DNA of 32,000 bases from positions 1,830,001 to 1,862,000 of the forward strand of contig NC_002677.1 in the NCBI RefSeq assembly GCF_000195855.1. Direction: 5' to 3'. Shown here in pieces: positions 12,550 through 23,562 of the stretch (the stretch's first letter is position 1; each line of letters starts with the position of its first letter). The stretch is from Mycobacterium leprae TN. GTDB taxonomy: Bacteria > Actinomycetota > Actinomycetes > Mycobacteriales > Mycobacteriaceae. The position numbers and the translations under genes are program-made. The notes beneath the pieces are model-generated. The model was given only the letters and a program-made list of their open reading frames with translations. It was not told where the DNA came from and ran no database searches.

Positions 12550-13905
12550 AGTTCGAACATCTTTTCGGTTTAAAGTGCCACCTGCGGGTAACTGTCAAGC
12601 TCGACGCATTCAACGCCGCTGTAACAGACATTGGCAAGCTGAACTTCGACGGCCTCGAGCCTCCTGCCCGCTTACATGCGCTGGAACAAAATGGAAACGA
12701 CTCGTTGGCGGCAGATCGCGGTAAGTCACGAGGTAGTTTCGGGCCTGGCCAAAGAGAATCTCGCTGTTGTCGGCGGCCCGGCTCACAAAGTGGTCGCCGA
12801 TTGGCTACGGACCAGCTGCGCCAAAACTCGCCGCCGGCTGAAGGAGTTGTCGCCGCGTTTAACACTCACCCACCGGCATATTGCTGCCAGACCTATCGGC
12901 TACCGCCCAGGCGTAGTAAAATAACTTCCTCGATGGTGAACACCTGCGAATAATTCAGACCTTCTTCCACAAGATCCCAGACGCAACGCCGTCCTATACG
13001 CTTGCTCACGCCGAGCAATTTCTTGCCCAACAAGCGGCAAAATCGCGTCCTAACCAGGTGGAAAAGCTGGCACACAGGTATGCGTTGCTGATCAACCCGG
13101 ACAGGAAATTTCCGGCTCCTACCGCGCGCTAGCGTGATTTTACCTGGTGCAGTCAACGGTCCAATGGGATGAGTAGCAGGATGCTGACCATATCCCCGGA
13201 ATAGTGACGCGTGGCTGGCATGATTCGCCATGCCCAGCATATGCAAACCTGGACTACCAATTACCCCATGTCAACGGCGTCACCGGCCAATCCAACGAAA
13301 GAAACAGCAGCCACGGACACGCGATAGCCACACCCAACGCCAACACAATGCGCTCACGGCCTTGGACCGGGGCCAATTGGGCGATCCGAAACTTGGTGTA
13401 TACAATGGACTCCCGGTGACAGTAATCGTGTGAACCACGCTTCAAGAGCTGACGTCGGCCGCGGACTGAGCGATAACGGACGGCGGTACACTGGTCCTGA
13501 TCCGAATGGCCAGCTATACTTAACTCTATTTGGCCGTGTGCGACAAGCATTCAAGTTATCCACTTGTATCTTGACCCACCTCGCCGAGTGACCTCACCGG
13601 ATCAACGAGCGGTCCTCTATGCTAAGGATCGCTGCTGCACACCCCCGGCTGCGACATACCCAGCGATTGCTCCGAAATTCACCACATAGATTGAATGGTC
13701 AGCCGGCGGTTTAACCGATGTCGACAAACTCGCCGTTGCACATAAGCCCAACCATAAGCAGGATGAACATGGCTAGAGGACAAGGAAACGCGTCCCCCCA
13801 CGACCGGCACCGAATGGATCACGCCGCCATATCGGGATCACGGCCAAGCCAGAACGAACAATTATCACCGCCCAGAACACCTGTTCGACATCAGTCAGCA
13901 CTGAG
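12550..13905 (+). pseudogene. 13E12-repeat family (DUF222-HNH) protein pseudogene
   Basis: Read across frames: 'FNAAVTDIGKLNFDGLEPPARLHALEQ', 'HKVVADWLRTSCAKTRRRLKE..SPRLTLT', 'GEHLRIIQTFFHKIP...AEQFLAQQAAKSRPNQVEKLAHRYALLINPDRKF', 'THTQRQHNALTALDRGQLGDPKLGVYNGLPVTVIV', 'RAVLYAKDRCCT..GCDIPSDCSEIHHID'. Confidence 0.8.
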
Positions 13906-13922
13906 TGTTGATATGCGGCCTA

Positions 13923-14920
13923 TCAGGCATCGATGACCACCCGACTGCTTTTCGCCCGCGATACGCAGACCAGCATATCGTCATCGCCCTCGACGACGCG
14001 TCCACGCCGATGGACCTGTTCCAGCAATAACTTTGACCTTGGATGTTCCGCAGAAGCCTTACTGGCACGAGTACACCGTGGTCGGGTCCCAGTCAAGCAT
14101 GCTGTCAAGTGCCGACCGATTAGCCGGAACGCTGAGCACACGCCTCGACCGCGCAAGTTCCAACTCGAAAGAGAGCCCATCAACGAGTGGCGGCGGGCTA
14201 AACCGCTCGTAGTGCAGTGGCGCTTCGGCGTGTTCGTCACGAGCCAGCCGAACCCCCTCTACAATGGCGGTCGGCCCACACACGTAAACAGCCGTCATCG
14301 GCCCCTCACCGGTCAACAGATCATCTACAGTGGTGATGTGACCATGCCCCGTCGTCGGCCCATAACGGTGACCCGATCCGGGGCACCGCAACCACTTCAG
14401 CCAGAAACGGCATGTACTCCCAGCTACTACCGGCATATATTGCCCACCAGTTGTTTCCACGTTGCACAGCCACCTGGATCATCGACAGTATGGGAGTCAC
14501 ACCGATGCCGCCGATCACGAACAGCAAAATCACGCTAGGCCATGCCGAGATAGAAAGCGTTGCGAAGACCTTCGAACATTACGACGTCGCCCACATCGAA
14601 TCCATTATACATCTCAAGCGAACCGCCACCACCATCGGCGATACGACGGATCACCGATGGTGGTGAGCCACACGGCGCCCGAGCGTACCGCATAGCGAAC
14701 ATTGTCGCCGACGGCCCGATGGCAGCTGAACGTCGATATGCCCGCCGGGCGTCCCCAGGACGGGAGTAAACCACGCTTGCGCGTCGGCCAACGTCAACGC
14801 GACCACGTCAGGGGTAACGAGCTCGCGTCTTATAACTACCGCAAATTGAGTCCGCCACACCGGCTTCACCCACGACGGCTCCCCACCACGAAGCCGAGGC
14901 GAATACGCCTAACACCACAC
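13923..14920 (-). pseudogene. Phthalate-dioxygenase-reductase-type ferredoxin oxidoreductase pseudogene (Rv2776c-like)
   Basis: 'WRTQFAVVIRRELVTPDVVALTLADA', 'LLFVIGGIGVTPILSMIQVA', 'MTAVYVCGPTAIVEGV', 'FELELARSRRVLSVPANRSALDSMLD', 'RVHRRGRVVEGDDDMLVCVSRAKSSRVVIDA*'. Several frames are needed. Confidence 0.85.
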
Positions 14921-14979
14921 GAACACCCCACAACAATGTGGCAAGCCGATCACGGTTGCACCGACCCTACACAGTACTG

Positions 14980-15410
14980 GCCCAGATACTCTTTGACACG
15001 ATGCAATTCCACAACAGGCTCAAGCCCGTCGAATGTCCAAGCGCGTTAACAGCCGAAACACCGACAGGCTAATGCGGAGTATCGCGTACTCACTCCTTGA
15101 TTCGGCAGCAATCGGCACGATCGCGAATCGTGCTTGTTGAACACGAGAATTCACCAGCTCCACGCACGTCGTAGACTACAAATGTTGTATCGGCCGTGGA
15201 AACGTTCACAGAACTCCCAAACCATTCCTTCCCAGACATAACCGCTTGGTCGGGCCAGCCGTGAACAACCAGGATAGTAGGGCGCTGCGGAATCAATCGC
15301 AATGTATCGATGTATCTCAAGGGTGATGCTGTCGGACGCCGTAATGTCAGCTGTCGATGTGGTGCTCTTCGATCAGTGCGAAGCACAAGCAACTGGTGAG
15401 ACCGCTAAAT
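14980..15410 (-). pseudogene. Alpha/beta hydrolase N-terminal fragment (pseudogene)
   Basis: 'RPTILVVHGWPDQAVM' and 'TTFVVYDVRGAGEFS', typical of the epoxide hydrolase N-terminus. No continuous reading beyond it. Confidence 0.6.
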
Positions 15411-15414
15411 GTCA

Positions 15415-16300
15415 ACCACCCGCTCCAGCCGGCCTAAGTTGTGACGTGTGGAAACCCGGCTTGTGGCAGTCTCCAACGATCCTCACCAAACACCGTGGCC
15501 TGGGCCACCAATCCCCGGTGTGTTGCCACGAAGTAGTCGCCGCCAGTCCGGTTTGATCCCCTGCGGCAAGTAAGGATCCGCCGAGTGCAAGAACATACAT
15601 GAATCGCACTGTGCGAATCCACAGCAGCATCACCGGCGTGACTGCCAGTTAATAAGTGCCGTACCTGCCGCCAATATCCGCCGCGCAGATCCTTCATAGT
15701 GCCGAACGCCACCGCTTTATACTCAACCTCTGCGGACCCGTGCCACCGAAGCATGTCCAGCATCACCTGGTCGGCGCCGACGCCATCGAGCTGTGGAAGT
15801 CTAAATCCTCCTCCCCAAAAAATGGCGGTGTAGTGCTCAACTGCCGCTATGCACGAAACCTGCTCCAGCAACCAGCTGCGCTGCCGTCGCACGTTCCAGC
15901 GCGGCTTAATCCCTAGCAGTTTATCAAAGAGCCACTTGATCTGATCGGTGTACGGCATCAGGTCGACGCCCTGCGCGGCAAAGTGGGCAAGCACTCCGGA
16001 ATGCGCTTGGGAATACATAGCTTTCTGGCCGATGAATCCCTGCACAGCTAGCCGCAGCTGATCGTCCTTAATTCAGTGGCAACGTCTTCTTAAGCACCTA
16101 AACGAGAAACTCCTCGCCCGTGAGCAACTGCAGGTGCAGCAGATTGATGTGGGTAGCCAACGGATCGTTAGGCACGATAATATTTAGTGAAACGATAACT
16201 TCGCCCAATCGAACCCAACATTGCGCGCTTCGAGAACAAAACGCTCATGATCTAAAGAAGCGTCATATGGACCCGCTGCCTCGTCATAGACGGTGAACAT
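15415..16300 (-). pseudogene. PF10118-type predicted metal-dependent hydrolase pseudogene (Rv2777c-like)
   Basis: 'VQGFIGQKAMYSQAHSGVLAHFAAQGVDLMPYTDQIKWLFDKLLG', 'VMLDMLRWHGSAEVEYKAVAFGTMKDLRGGYWRQVR', 'DYFVATHRGL'. N-terminal part 'NDPLATHINLLHLQLLTGEEFLV' is in another frame. Confidence 0.75.
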
Positions 16301-16327
16301 CGAACATCCTTGCCTCTGTGTGAAAGT

Positions 16328-16800
16328 TTACACCAATTGAGCAAATATCAAATATCGTAGTGATGTCCGGGTTCCTGCGACATCGGCATCAGCTCTACCA
16401 CGAACGCGAGCAAATCGTCGGTGTCGCGGGCAGCTAAGTGCAGGATGAAGTCTTCGGCGCCGGCCAAATATAGACATATCCATCACATGGCGCCTGCGGC
16501 GGATCTGCTGAATGAAGCTGCGGATCGTCCCACGCACGCACTGAACTGTAGGCTGACCGAGATCATTGCCTACAGCGGCAGTCACACTGCGAGCGGATCG
16601 ATGTCGGTATAAAACCTGATAAAACCTGCTGATAACGCCGAGGTCACAAGCCGCCAAACCCGGCCATGACACGTTGACGGAGCACCCGACCACCTCCGGT
16701 AGCGCGTTGTTGGTCATCCAGGCATAGCCGTGCAGCAAGCCCAGAATTCTGCAATCCACCGCATCAATATCAGAAGGCCGACCATCCTTCGATTAAGTCA
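16328..16800 (-). pseudogene. aldR: Lrp/AsnC-family regulator pseudogene (AldR, Rv2779c-like)
   Basis: 'DCRILGLLHGYAWMTNNALPEVVG', 'CDLGVISRFYQ', 'TIRSFIQQIRR', 'DADVAGTRTSLRY' in AsnC order. The HTH region and C-terminal domain are scrambled by frame changes. Divergent from ald. Confidence 0.75.
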
Positions 16801-16829
16801 CCCCGCTCACCTCACGGTTCTGTTAACCT

Positions 16830-16960
16830 ACTAGATATATCGAAATAGTCATCGCCTATATCAACATCAGCGATATCGATATAGCATCAGAGGGATTGCG
16901 GACTATCCGAACTTTCTTCACACTTGAGCCATAACCTCAACGATCTTGAGCCAGGGGGAG
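16830..16960 (+). promoter_or_regulatory. Putative ald/aldR divergent regulatory region with RBS
   Basis: AT-rich spacer with 10-bp palindrome ATATCGATAT (16873-16882), a related ATATATCG element, CATCAG direct repeats, and RBS GGGGGAG at 16954-16960 ahead of the ald ATG. Confidence 0.45.
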
Positions 16961-16965
16961 TGATT

Positions 16966-18081
16966 ATGCGAGTCGGCATTCCGACCGAGACCAAAAACAA
17001 CGAATTCAGGGTGGCCATCACGCCGGCCGGCGTGGCCGCCCTGACACACCGCGGCCACGAGGTGCTTGTGCAAGCAGGCGCCGGAGAAGGCTCGGCAATC
17101 GCCGACGCGGAGTTCAAGGCAGCAGGAGCCCAACTGATCAGCACTCCCGAGCAGGTGTGGACCGAGGTCGACCTGCTACTCAAGGTCAAAGAGCCCATGC
17201 CCGCAGAGTATGTTCACCTACGACACGGCCAGATCCTGTTTACGTATCTGCATCTAGCTGCCTCACGCCCTTGCACCGACGCATTATTGGCCTCCGGCAC
17301 AACGTCAATCGCCTACGAGACCGTGCAGACCGCCGACGGCGCGCTGCCGTTACTAGCTCCAATGAGCGAGGTTGCCGGACGACTGTCGGCTCAGGTAGGG
17401 GCCTATCACCTAATGCGGACCCACAGGGGGTGCGGGGTACTGATGGGTGGAGTGCCCGGCGTCGAACCCGCTGACGTGGTCGTGATCGGCGGCGGGACTG
17501 CGGGATATAACGCCGCTCGAATTGCCAACGGTATGGGTGCGACCGTCACGGTTTTTGATGTCAACATCAACAGACTTCGGGAGCTCGACGCGGAGTTCGG
17601 TGGCCGCCTCCGCACCCGCTACTCGTCGGCCTACGACCTAGAAGGTGCGGTCAAGCACGCCGACCTGGTGATCGGCGCCGTCCTGGTGCCAGGCGCCAAA
17701 GCCCCCCGATTGATATCGAATTCGCTTGTCGCACATATGAAGCCGGGTGCTGTGTTGGTCGACATCGCCATCGATCAGGGCGGTTGTTTCGAAGATTCGC
17801 AGCCGACCACCCATGATCAACCGACGTTCGCGGTGCATGACACGCTGTTCTACTGTGTGGCAAACATGCCTAGCGCGGTGCCCAAGACATCGACATTCGC
17901 GCTGACCAATGCAACGATGCCATATATACTCAAACTCGCGGACCAAGGCTGGCAGGAAGCCTGCCAATCGGATCCCGCTTTGGCAAAAGGTCTTTCGACG
18001 CATAACGGTGCACTGTTGTCTGAACAGGTAGCCACCGACCTGGGATTGGCCTTCACCGAACCGGCAAGCGTGCTGGCCTGA
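16966..18081 (+). CDS. ald: L-alanine dehydrogenase
   Basis: Intact 371 aa ORF 'MRVGIPTETKNNEFRVAITPAGVAALTHRGHEVLVQAGAGEGSAI...LLLKVKEP...LFTYLHLA...VVVIGGGTAGYNAARIANGMGATVTVFDVN...DIAIDQGGCFE...PTFAVHDTLFYCVANMP'. Confidence 0.97.
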   Translation: MRVGIPTETKNNEFRVAITPAGVAALTHRGHEVLVQAGAGEGSAIADAEFKAAGAQLISTPEQVWTEVDLLLKVKEPMPAEYVHLRHGQILFTYLHLAASRPCTDALLASGTTSIAYETVQTADGALPLLAPMSEVAGRLSAQVGAYHLMRTHRGCGVLMGGVPGVEPADVVVIGGGTAGYNAARIANGMGATVTVFDVNINRLRELDAEFGGRLRTRYSSAYDLEGAVKHADLVIGAVLVPGAKAPRLISNSLVAHMKPGAVLVDIAIDQGGCFEDSQPTTHDQPTFAVHDTLFYCVANMPSAVPKTSTFALTNATMPYILKLADQGWQEACQSDPALAKGLSTHNGALLSEQVATDLGLAFTEPASVLA

Positions 18082-18149
18082 CGTCAATCCCGCCCGGCCA
18101 GTAACCAGTAACTTGTCCGTTTAGACTTCAAGGTGTCGTCGTGATGGTC

Positions 18150-18830
18150 ATTTGGTGGTTATTTTTTGCTGGTTTGGGTTTGGGTGGTGGTGTTGTGGTG
18201 GGCTGGTGGGGTGTGGGTGGTTGATCTGCGCTAGAAGGTTGCCGTATGTGCCGCCGACGGCCGGATCATCGATGCACTGTTCACTAACACGATACTGCTG
18301 CACCCGGCGGCATGCCTGCTTGCTGGCTGAGGGCCGGTCAACAAGCCGCCGACACCGATACCAGCGGCAGAAATGGTGCAAGGGATAACATCAGGTGCGA
18401 ATAGTTATACCGTGCACGGGGACGTGCCTGTTCAGGTGCGGCCACATTGACCACGCCGACACCTCAAGGCCATGACATGCACACTAAAACGCCCCTACCC
18501 CGCGGCGCTAACAACTATCCTCACACTCACGCCTGCATCGATATCGCCTTCAGCACAGCCCAGGTGCCCAGCCCCTGGCATCATCAACATGTAGACCAAG
18601 CAGCATCCACCACCGACATGCTTACGTGCGCCGCGCTAATCGTGTCCACTGCGGCAAAGCACACGAAGCCTCATCGAAAGCAGGCAGTCAGCCACCCACC
18701 AACAAAAACCCCGCAACACAGCAAAACACGTCAACAGGATTCCGGGCTGCCCCCCACGACTACCGAACATATCGGCCAGTCATAAAACGCAAAAACAGCC
18801 ATTTCACCCACCACCTATGAAACCAACCGA
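18150..18830. repeat. RLEP-family dispersed repeat of M. leprae (boundaries approximate)
   Basis: Contains recalled RLEP diagnostic primer sequences: ATCTGCGCTAGAAGGTTGCC (18224-18243), CACCGATACCAGCGGCAGAA (18353-18372), reverse complement of TGCATGTCATGGCCTTGAGG (18462-18481), reverse complement of TGAGGCTTCGTGTGCTTTGC (18654-18673). Confidence 0.9.
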
Positions 18831-19769
18831 ACAACTCACCGCCACAGACACAAGACCGAGTCCTTCTTTGGAGATGGGACCCAAAAGTGTGGATGGAACG
18901 AACTTGAGGAATTGCGTTATGGGCAAGCTTGTCAGAACCCCGATGTCGTTGAACTGCGTAGTAAAGTCAAGGAGAAAATCCTGATTAAGAAATACAGGGC
19001 GGTAAGTATCCGATGCACCCGGTTGGCCGAAAGGCCGTTGAAGAGCGCGTTAACGGTAACGATGTAGCCCAGCCGGTGGCAGGCTTGAGCCCCACTTGTA
19101 GCACCGAGAACAGTGAGTTGAGCATGTAGGCTATTGGCTAATAACAGCGTCTGGGCATTGTTAGTTGTGGTCGCAGCAGCTTAGGCCAGCGCGTCGGCCT
19201 GGCCGACTGGTGTGCTGGTGTCGGTGACTTAGAGTGGCGCGGTGAACACAGTCAGTGTAGTGGCAGCCGCCTAGGTACCGACGAGATGGTCATGGCCCGA
19301 GCGTCTTAGACACACATGTCGAGATAGCGGGCTTCGAAGACTGCAATCGCGGTGGTATGGTGCTTGAATACGAATAAGGGGACGCCACCATCAGAGCTAG
19401 TTGACTGCGGTTGGCTGCTATTTATTTCCGGTGGTGCGTAGTCGGCCAATACAGTCTCGTAGGCGCTCGCGGTGACATTGACTTGGATCGCCGGCTTAGG
19501 TGGTTTGTACGGTGGTAGCGTGTAACCAACTCAGAAAAAGGTGAGAGCGTTGATCCTGGATAGCGACAACGGACCCCTATCCAGGACAGCCGGTCAGAGT
19601 CGAGATCACTGACGAATACCAGGAACAGGATGGACTATAGTTCCCTGCCCAGGGAATCCCAGGCCACCGTGTCGACGCCGCACCCAACCCAAATCTGAAC
19701 AAGCATAGATCCTGGCGAAGTTAATTTCGGGCGGAAACGCCGCGTAAAATATCTCGATCCCCCTTGTTA

Positions 19770-20737
19770 GTTGACGATAGGTGGTACTGAACTGTCACTG
19801 GCCACGATAGTGCCCAACGCCTGCCCGGCCGCTCCACAGCCAAGAAGATTCATAAACACGCCAATGCGTTGGGCAAGTGCAAAAAACCCGAACCCAAATA
19901 TGCTGTTTCCCAGGTCGGGATTTAGCATGACACCCAAACCGATGTCACAGGTACCGTAATGTACGAATACATACTCAGAAAACCATCGATTCCCGTGGTG
20001 TAATTAGCCTAACCCTGAGCAAACGGATTTAACGTCGACCACGAGCTCACTGATGATTCCAACAAGACCCGACGATGGCGATGACAACCCCTGCAGTGCG
20101 ACGGCAACAATGCAGAGCAACTAAGACAACTTGCTCTGCTGGGTGGCCTAGTCGACGCATCCGTACTTTGAGCCACCGCAGCGGACTGGGCGACCAATCC
20201 AGGGTCAGCTACAGCTGAGTGAGCGAGGTCAACCGGGTGGCCGCCACCAAGGAACCGGCATAGTCCTACATCGCGGCTGCGTCTTGGGCCCACACTTTGG
20301 CTTAGTCCCCCTCGACGGCTGCAATCACCGGAGTGTTTTGACCTAATGCGTTGTTTACGACCAGTGACATCAAGCCGATTGCGGTTTGCCAGGATGAGCG
20401 ACGGGGCATCGTTTTAGAGAATGCGATCATCCATACGCCCCGGTGGCCGCCGTCTCTTGCGCAACGGTCTAGCTCCACCTGAGCGGCAGCCGTGCTCAGC
20501 CACACCGCATAGAGCGCGGCCGCAACCGCCATCGACAACCACCGGACCCCGACACTCCTCATTGGCCAGCTCTAAAACTACCGACCCATACAACACAGCG
20601 CCGCCGACCGCAACTCCGCGACCAATCCACACCAAGCCGACTCAGCGGCCAGTAGTGGCGTGAAGCCAATTCCCGGCATAGGCATGCGCGCGGAGCTGAT
20701 CGGGTGGCAACGTGACAAAGTCCGGGGCTGCAGTCAT
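19770..20737 (-). pseudogene. PPE-family protein pseudogene (PPE28/Rv1800-like by position)
   Basis: 'MTAAPDFVTLPPDQ' (ATG 20737 with GGAGGG upstream), 'YGSVVLELANEECRGPVVV', 'ALYAVWLSTAAAQVEL', 'ANR/TAIGLMSLVVNNALGQNTPVIAAVEGD' in different frames. A Gly/Asn-rich 'NPDLGNSIFGFGFF' stretch is further downstream. Confidence 0.7.
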
Positions 20738-21729
20738 CGTTACCCTCCTTTGTCTAGCTGACCGCGATCGCGTTGGCAGCTTCGGTAGACCGCATAGGAA
20801 TCCCCGCTCGCGCCCAAAATCCCGACAAACAGCTCGTGCAATTACCATCGTTGGGCACTCGCCAACTGGTACATCGCGCCGTATGGGTTGACATCATGGT
20901 TGCGGTCAAAGCTGATATCTCGTCAACGACGAGTAGCAGGCAACCCAGCAGTCGCAGCTGCGTTTTGCGTAGCGATCACGGATCCAACCCTGCTTACGTG
21001 ACTATCCTACTTTATCTAAGATAACACTTCTGGATGCGTAAAGACAAACGACATTGGACTTAGCCAAACGGAATGAGACCGAACCCGAGTTTGGTTTTAC
21101 CTCCGAGGCTACTTCGGCGCACTTCACTCACACGAATCCGCTAAGTAGAAACGATCGGATCAAATCTTTAGGAAGGTAAACCGATGCAGACTACGGAAAA
21201 GACACCCAGGATGGGTCGCAACGAAATAATCGTCGACTTAGACTGCGGACTATCGTCGGGACTCATTTCGCTCTCACCTCATTCACGGACAAGGCACATG
21301 AAAGGGTATCACGCATTGCACTGTGGAGAGGACGGTCCGACACGAACACCCAAGTACGGCCTCCCTATCGTCAGAGCTTTGGCACCAAACGACATGTACA
21401 GCTCAATGAGAGCCGGAAACAATTTAGGCTCAAACTCCTTAATCTGGGAGGAACTGTCCTGCTCCTGGGCATCGTTCGACGTCAGTGGCCTATATCCGTG
21501 CAGAACCCTCACCTAACGAGGCACTTGCAAAGGTGAGCATGGCGCTCGTTGGGTAAAAATAAAATCAGTCAAGGAGACTGTCAAACAATTGTAACAATTG
21601 AGTCAGTCAACACAAAAAGCCATTCCCAATAGTGCCAGGATACGAAGTCCAGCGAGATGTTCAGCTGGAGCCGGCTCAAGTACACGTGATTGCTCAGTTA
21701 ACAAAGGACGCTGCTGAATTGCCCACCGG

Positions 21730-23562
21730 CTATGACGACTTTCTCTCAGCCACCGCCGCGCTGAGGCCTTCGGTCAGGTCGGCACTGGTCAACTCCTTGA
21801 AGCGTAACAGCTGTTCAGCGCTGAATTGGGTGAGGTCACTGGCCAGTACCGCATCGAGGTCCTCGTCGTCCAGGCGGAAGCTACGGTGGTCGCGGGCCTT
21901 CTCCACTACATTGCGCACAAAGCCGGCATTACCGAGCATGTCGATACCACGAATTAGATCTCCATCTTCAGAATAGGTCTCGTCAAGGTAGAATTTTGTG
22001 TACGACGGCAACAACACCTGTGCCTCTTGCTCAGTGATGACGTCTTCATTCTCCTGGCCCATCAATTGGGTCAGCGCGATCAACTCCTCAGGGGTGTAAC
22101 TGAAAAACTCGATCACCGTCGAAAACCGCCGTCGCAGACCCTGATTCACCTCGAGCATTTTATCCATCGCCTTGGCGTAGCCCGCACCGAACACCACCAG
22201 CTCGTCGCGATGGTTCTCCATATACAGCAGCAGCGTGTTGATAATCGCATTACCGTAGGGGTCTCCTCGGGTATAGCCCTTCTCATGTAGGGTGTGCATT
22301 TCATCGAAGAAGACCGCCCCACCCAACGCACCCTCGAGCATCTCCTCGGTGTTTTTCTCCGCATCAGCCATATGCCGGCCTAACAGCTTGGTGCGGCTTG
22401 TCTCGACTACAAGTGGCTTGCGCAGCACAGTCAACCCACACAGCTGCTTGGTGAAAGCACGTGCTACCGAAGTCTTCCCGGTACCCGGTGGTCCAAGCAA
22501 CAAGGTGTGGCGCGATGTCACCGGTACCGGCAAACCCATTTTGGCACGGGCCAAGTTCACCCTTGTTGTCGACTTGATGAGTTTGATTTCTCGCTTGGCT
22601 TGTTCCATGCCCAGCATCGCGTTGAGTTCGGCATCGCCTTCCGCCAAATACTTTGCGGCTATCCTCGCGTAGCGAGCGGCCTCGGTCTGCGCACGGGTCG
22701 GGGCACTGTCCGGATCCCACGGATCAGTGCGCGCCTCAATTGTTTCCGGATCAGTCAGTGTCAGACGAAAGTTGTTATTATCCAATGCCTCTCGAGCCGG
22801 GGTAAACTTTGCGTCCCGCGAATACACCCGACGCAACAGCTCGACGGCCTCGTCTTCTCGACCAACATGTCGTAAGCACATGCCTTGGGTGTACAAAGCG
22901 ATATTGGCCGCGCGGGGCACGCGGTCACCCTCGATTGCTTCCTTGCCACGCCGGAACGCCTCTTCAAAAACCCCAAGCGATGCCAGCGCAGAAGTAGCCA
23001 TTGCCGCGCCCGCGGCCTTCAGGTCGGGGTGACGCCATTGCTTTCCCTCAGGGAATTGGGTAAGCACATCCGGCCAACGTTTGGTTCGGAAGTACAGCAT
23101 ACCCCGCACATAGTTGACCAGCTCGGTGTCGAAAGGATGCCGTGGCTCGACACTCTCAAGCAGTTTGGCCGCTTCCGCGTAACGTTTCGCCTTGACCAGC
23201 ACGGCGGCATAAGCGCAAGCTAACGACTCCACACTGGTTACCGCTAGTCGTAGAAACAACCCGTCGGACACTTCTGGACGAAACTGCAAATCGGTGACCC
23301 CAAGGCGACGCGTCTCCCAACCGAATGTCCTGATTGAACTCCATGCGCCAGCCAGCACTTCGATGCTCTGATCACCTGCCAGTATTCGCGCCTGCCAGGC
23401 GTCACACATCCCTGGATCAAGCGTGGTGGCCGTCCTGAACATTTGCGACGCAACTTGTGGGTTGTGGCTGGGCTGCAGTCCGTTGACAGAGATCCCTGAT
23501 GCCAGCAGGCCGGCAACCATAGCGTTGCGGGCGTCTTCGGCGGTTGACTGTGGGCGCGTCAT
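21730..23562 (-). CDS. eccA5: ESX-5 AAA+ ATPase EccA5
   Basis: Intact 610 aa ORF with N-terminal TPR-like region, Walker A '[11 protein letters not shown]', Walker B '[11 protein letters not shown]', C-terminal '[30 protein letters not shown]'. Start overlaps the eccE5 stop (ATGA). Confidence 0.96.
   Translation of the reverse strand: MTRPQSTAEDARNAMVAGLLASGISVNGLQPSHNPQVASQMFRTATTLDPGMCDAWQARILAGDQSIEVLAGAWSSIRTFGWETRRLGVTDLQFRPEVSDGLFLRLAVTSVESLACAYAAVLVKAKRYAEAAKLLESVEPRHPFDTELVNYVRGMLYFRTKRWPDVLTQFPEGKQWRHPDLKAAGAAMATSALASLGVFEEAFRRGKEAIEGDRVPRAANIALYTQGMCLRHVGREDEAVELLRRVYSRDAKFTPAREALDNNNFRLTLTDPETIEARTDPWDPDSAPTRAQTEAARYARIAAKYLAEGDAELNAMLGMEQAKREIKLIKSTTRVNLARAKMGLPVPVTSRHTLLLGPPGTGKTSVARAFTKQLCGLTVLRKPLVVETSRTKLLGRHMADAEKNTEEMLEGALGGAVFFDEMHTLHEKGYTRGDPYGNAIINTLLLYMENHRDELVVFGAGYAKAMDKMLEVNQGLRRRFSTVIEFFSYTPEELIALTQLMGQENEDVITEQEAQVLLPSYTKFYLDETYSEDGDLIRGIDMLGNAGFVRNVVEKARDHRSFRLDDEDLDAVLASDLTQFSAEQLLRFKELTSADLTEGLSAAVAERKSS

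Noticed and set aside
13933-14538. 201-aa + strand ORF
   Set aside because: Antisense to the ferredoxin-reductase-type pseudogene, whose minus-strand motifs (GGIGVTPILSM, CVSRAK) are unmistakable.
17638-18087. 149-aa minus ORF opposite ald
   Set aside because: Shadow ORF of intact ald.
18447-18785. 112-aa ORF inside the RLEP repeat
   Set aside because: The repeat is not known to encode a protein. The Thr/His/Pro-rich translation looks compositional.
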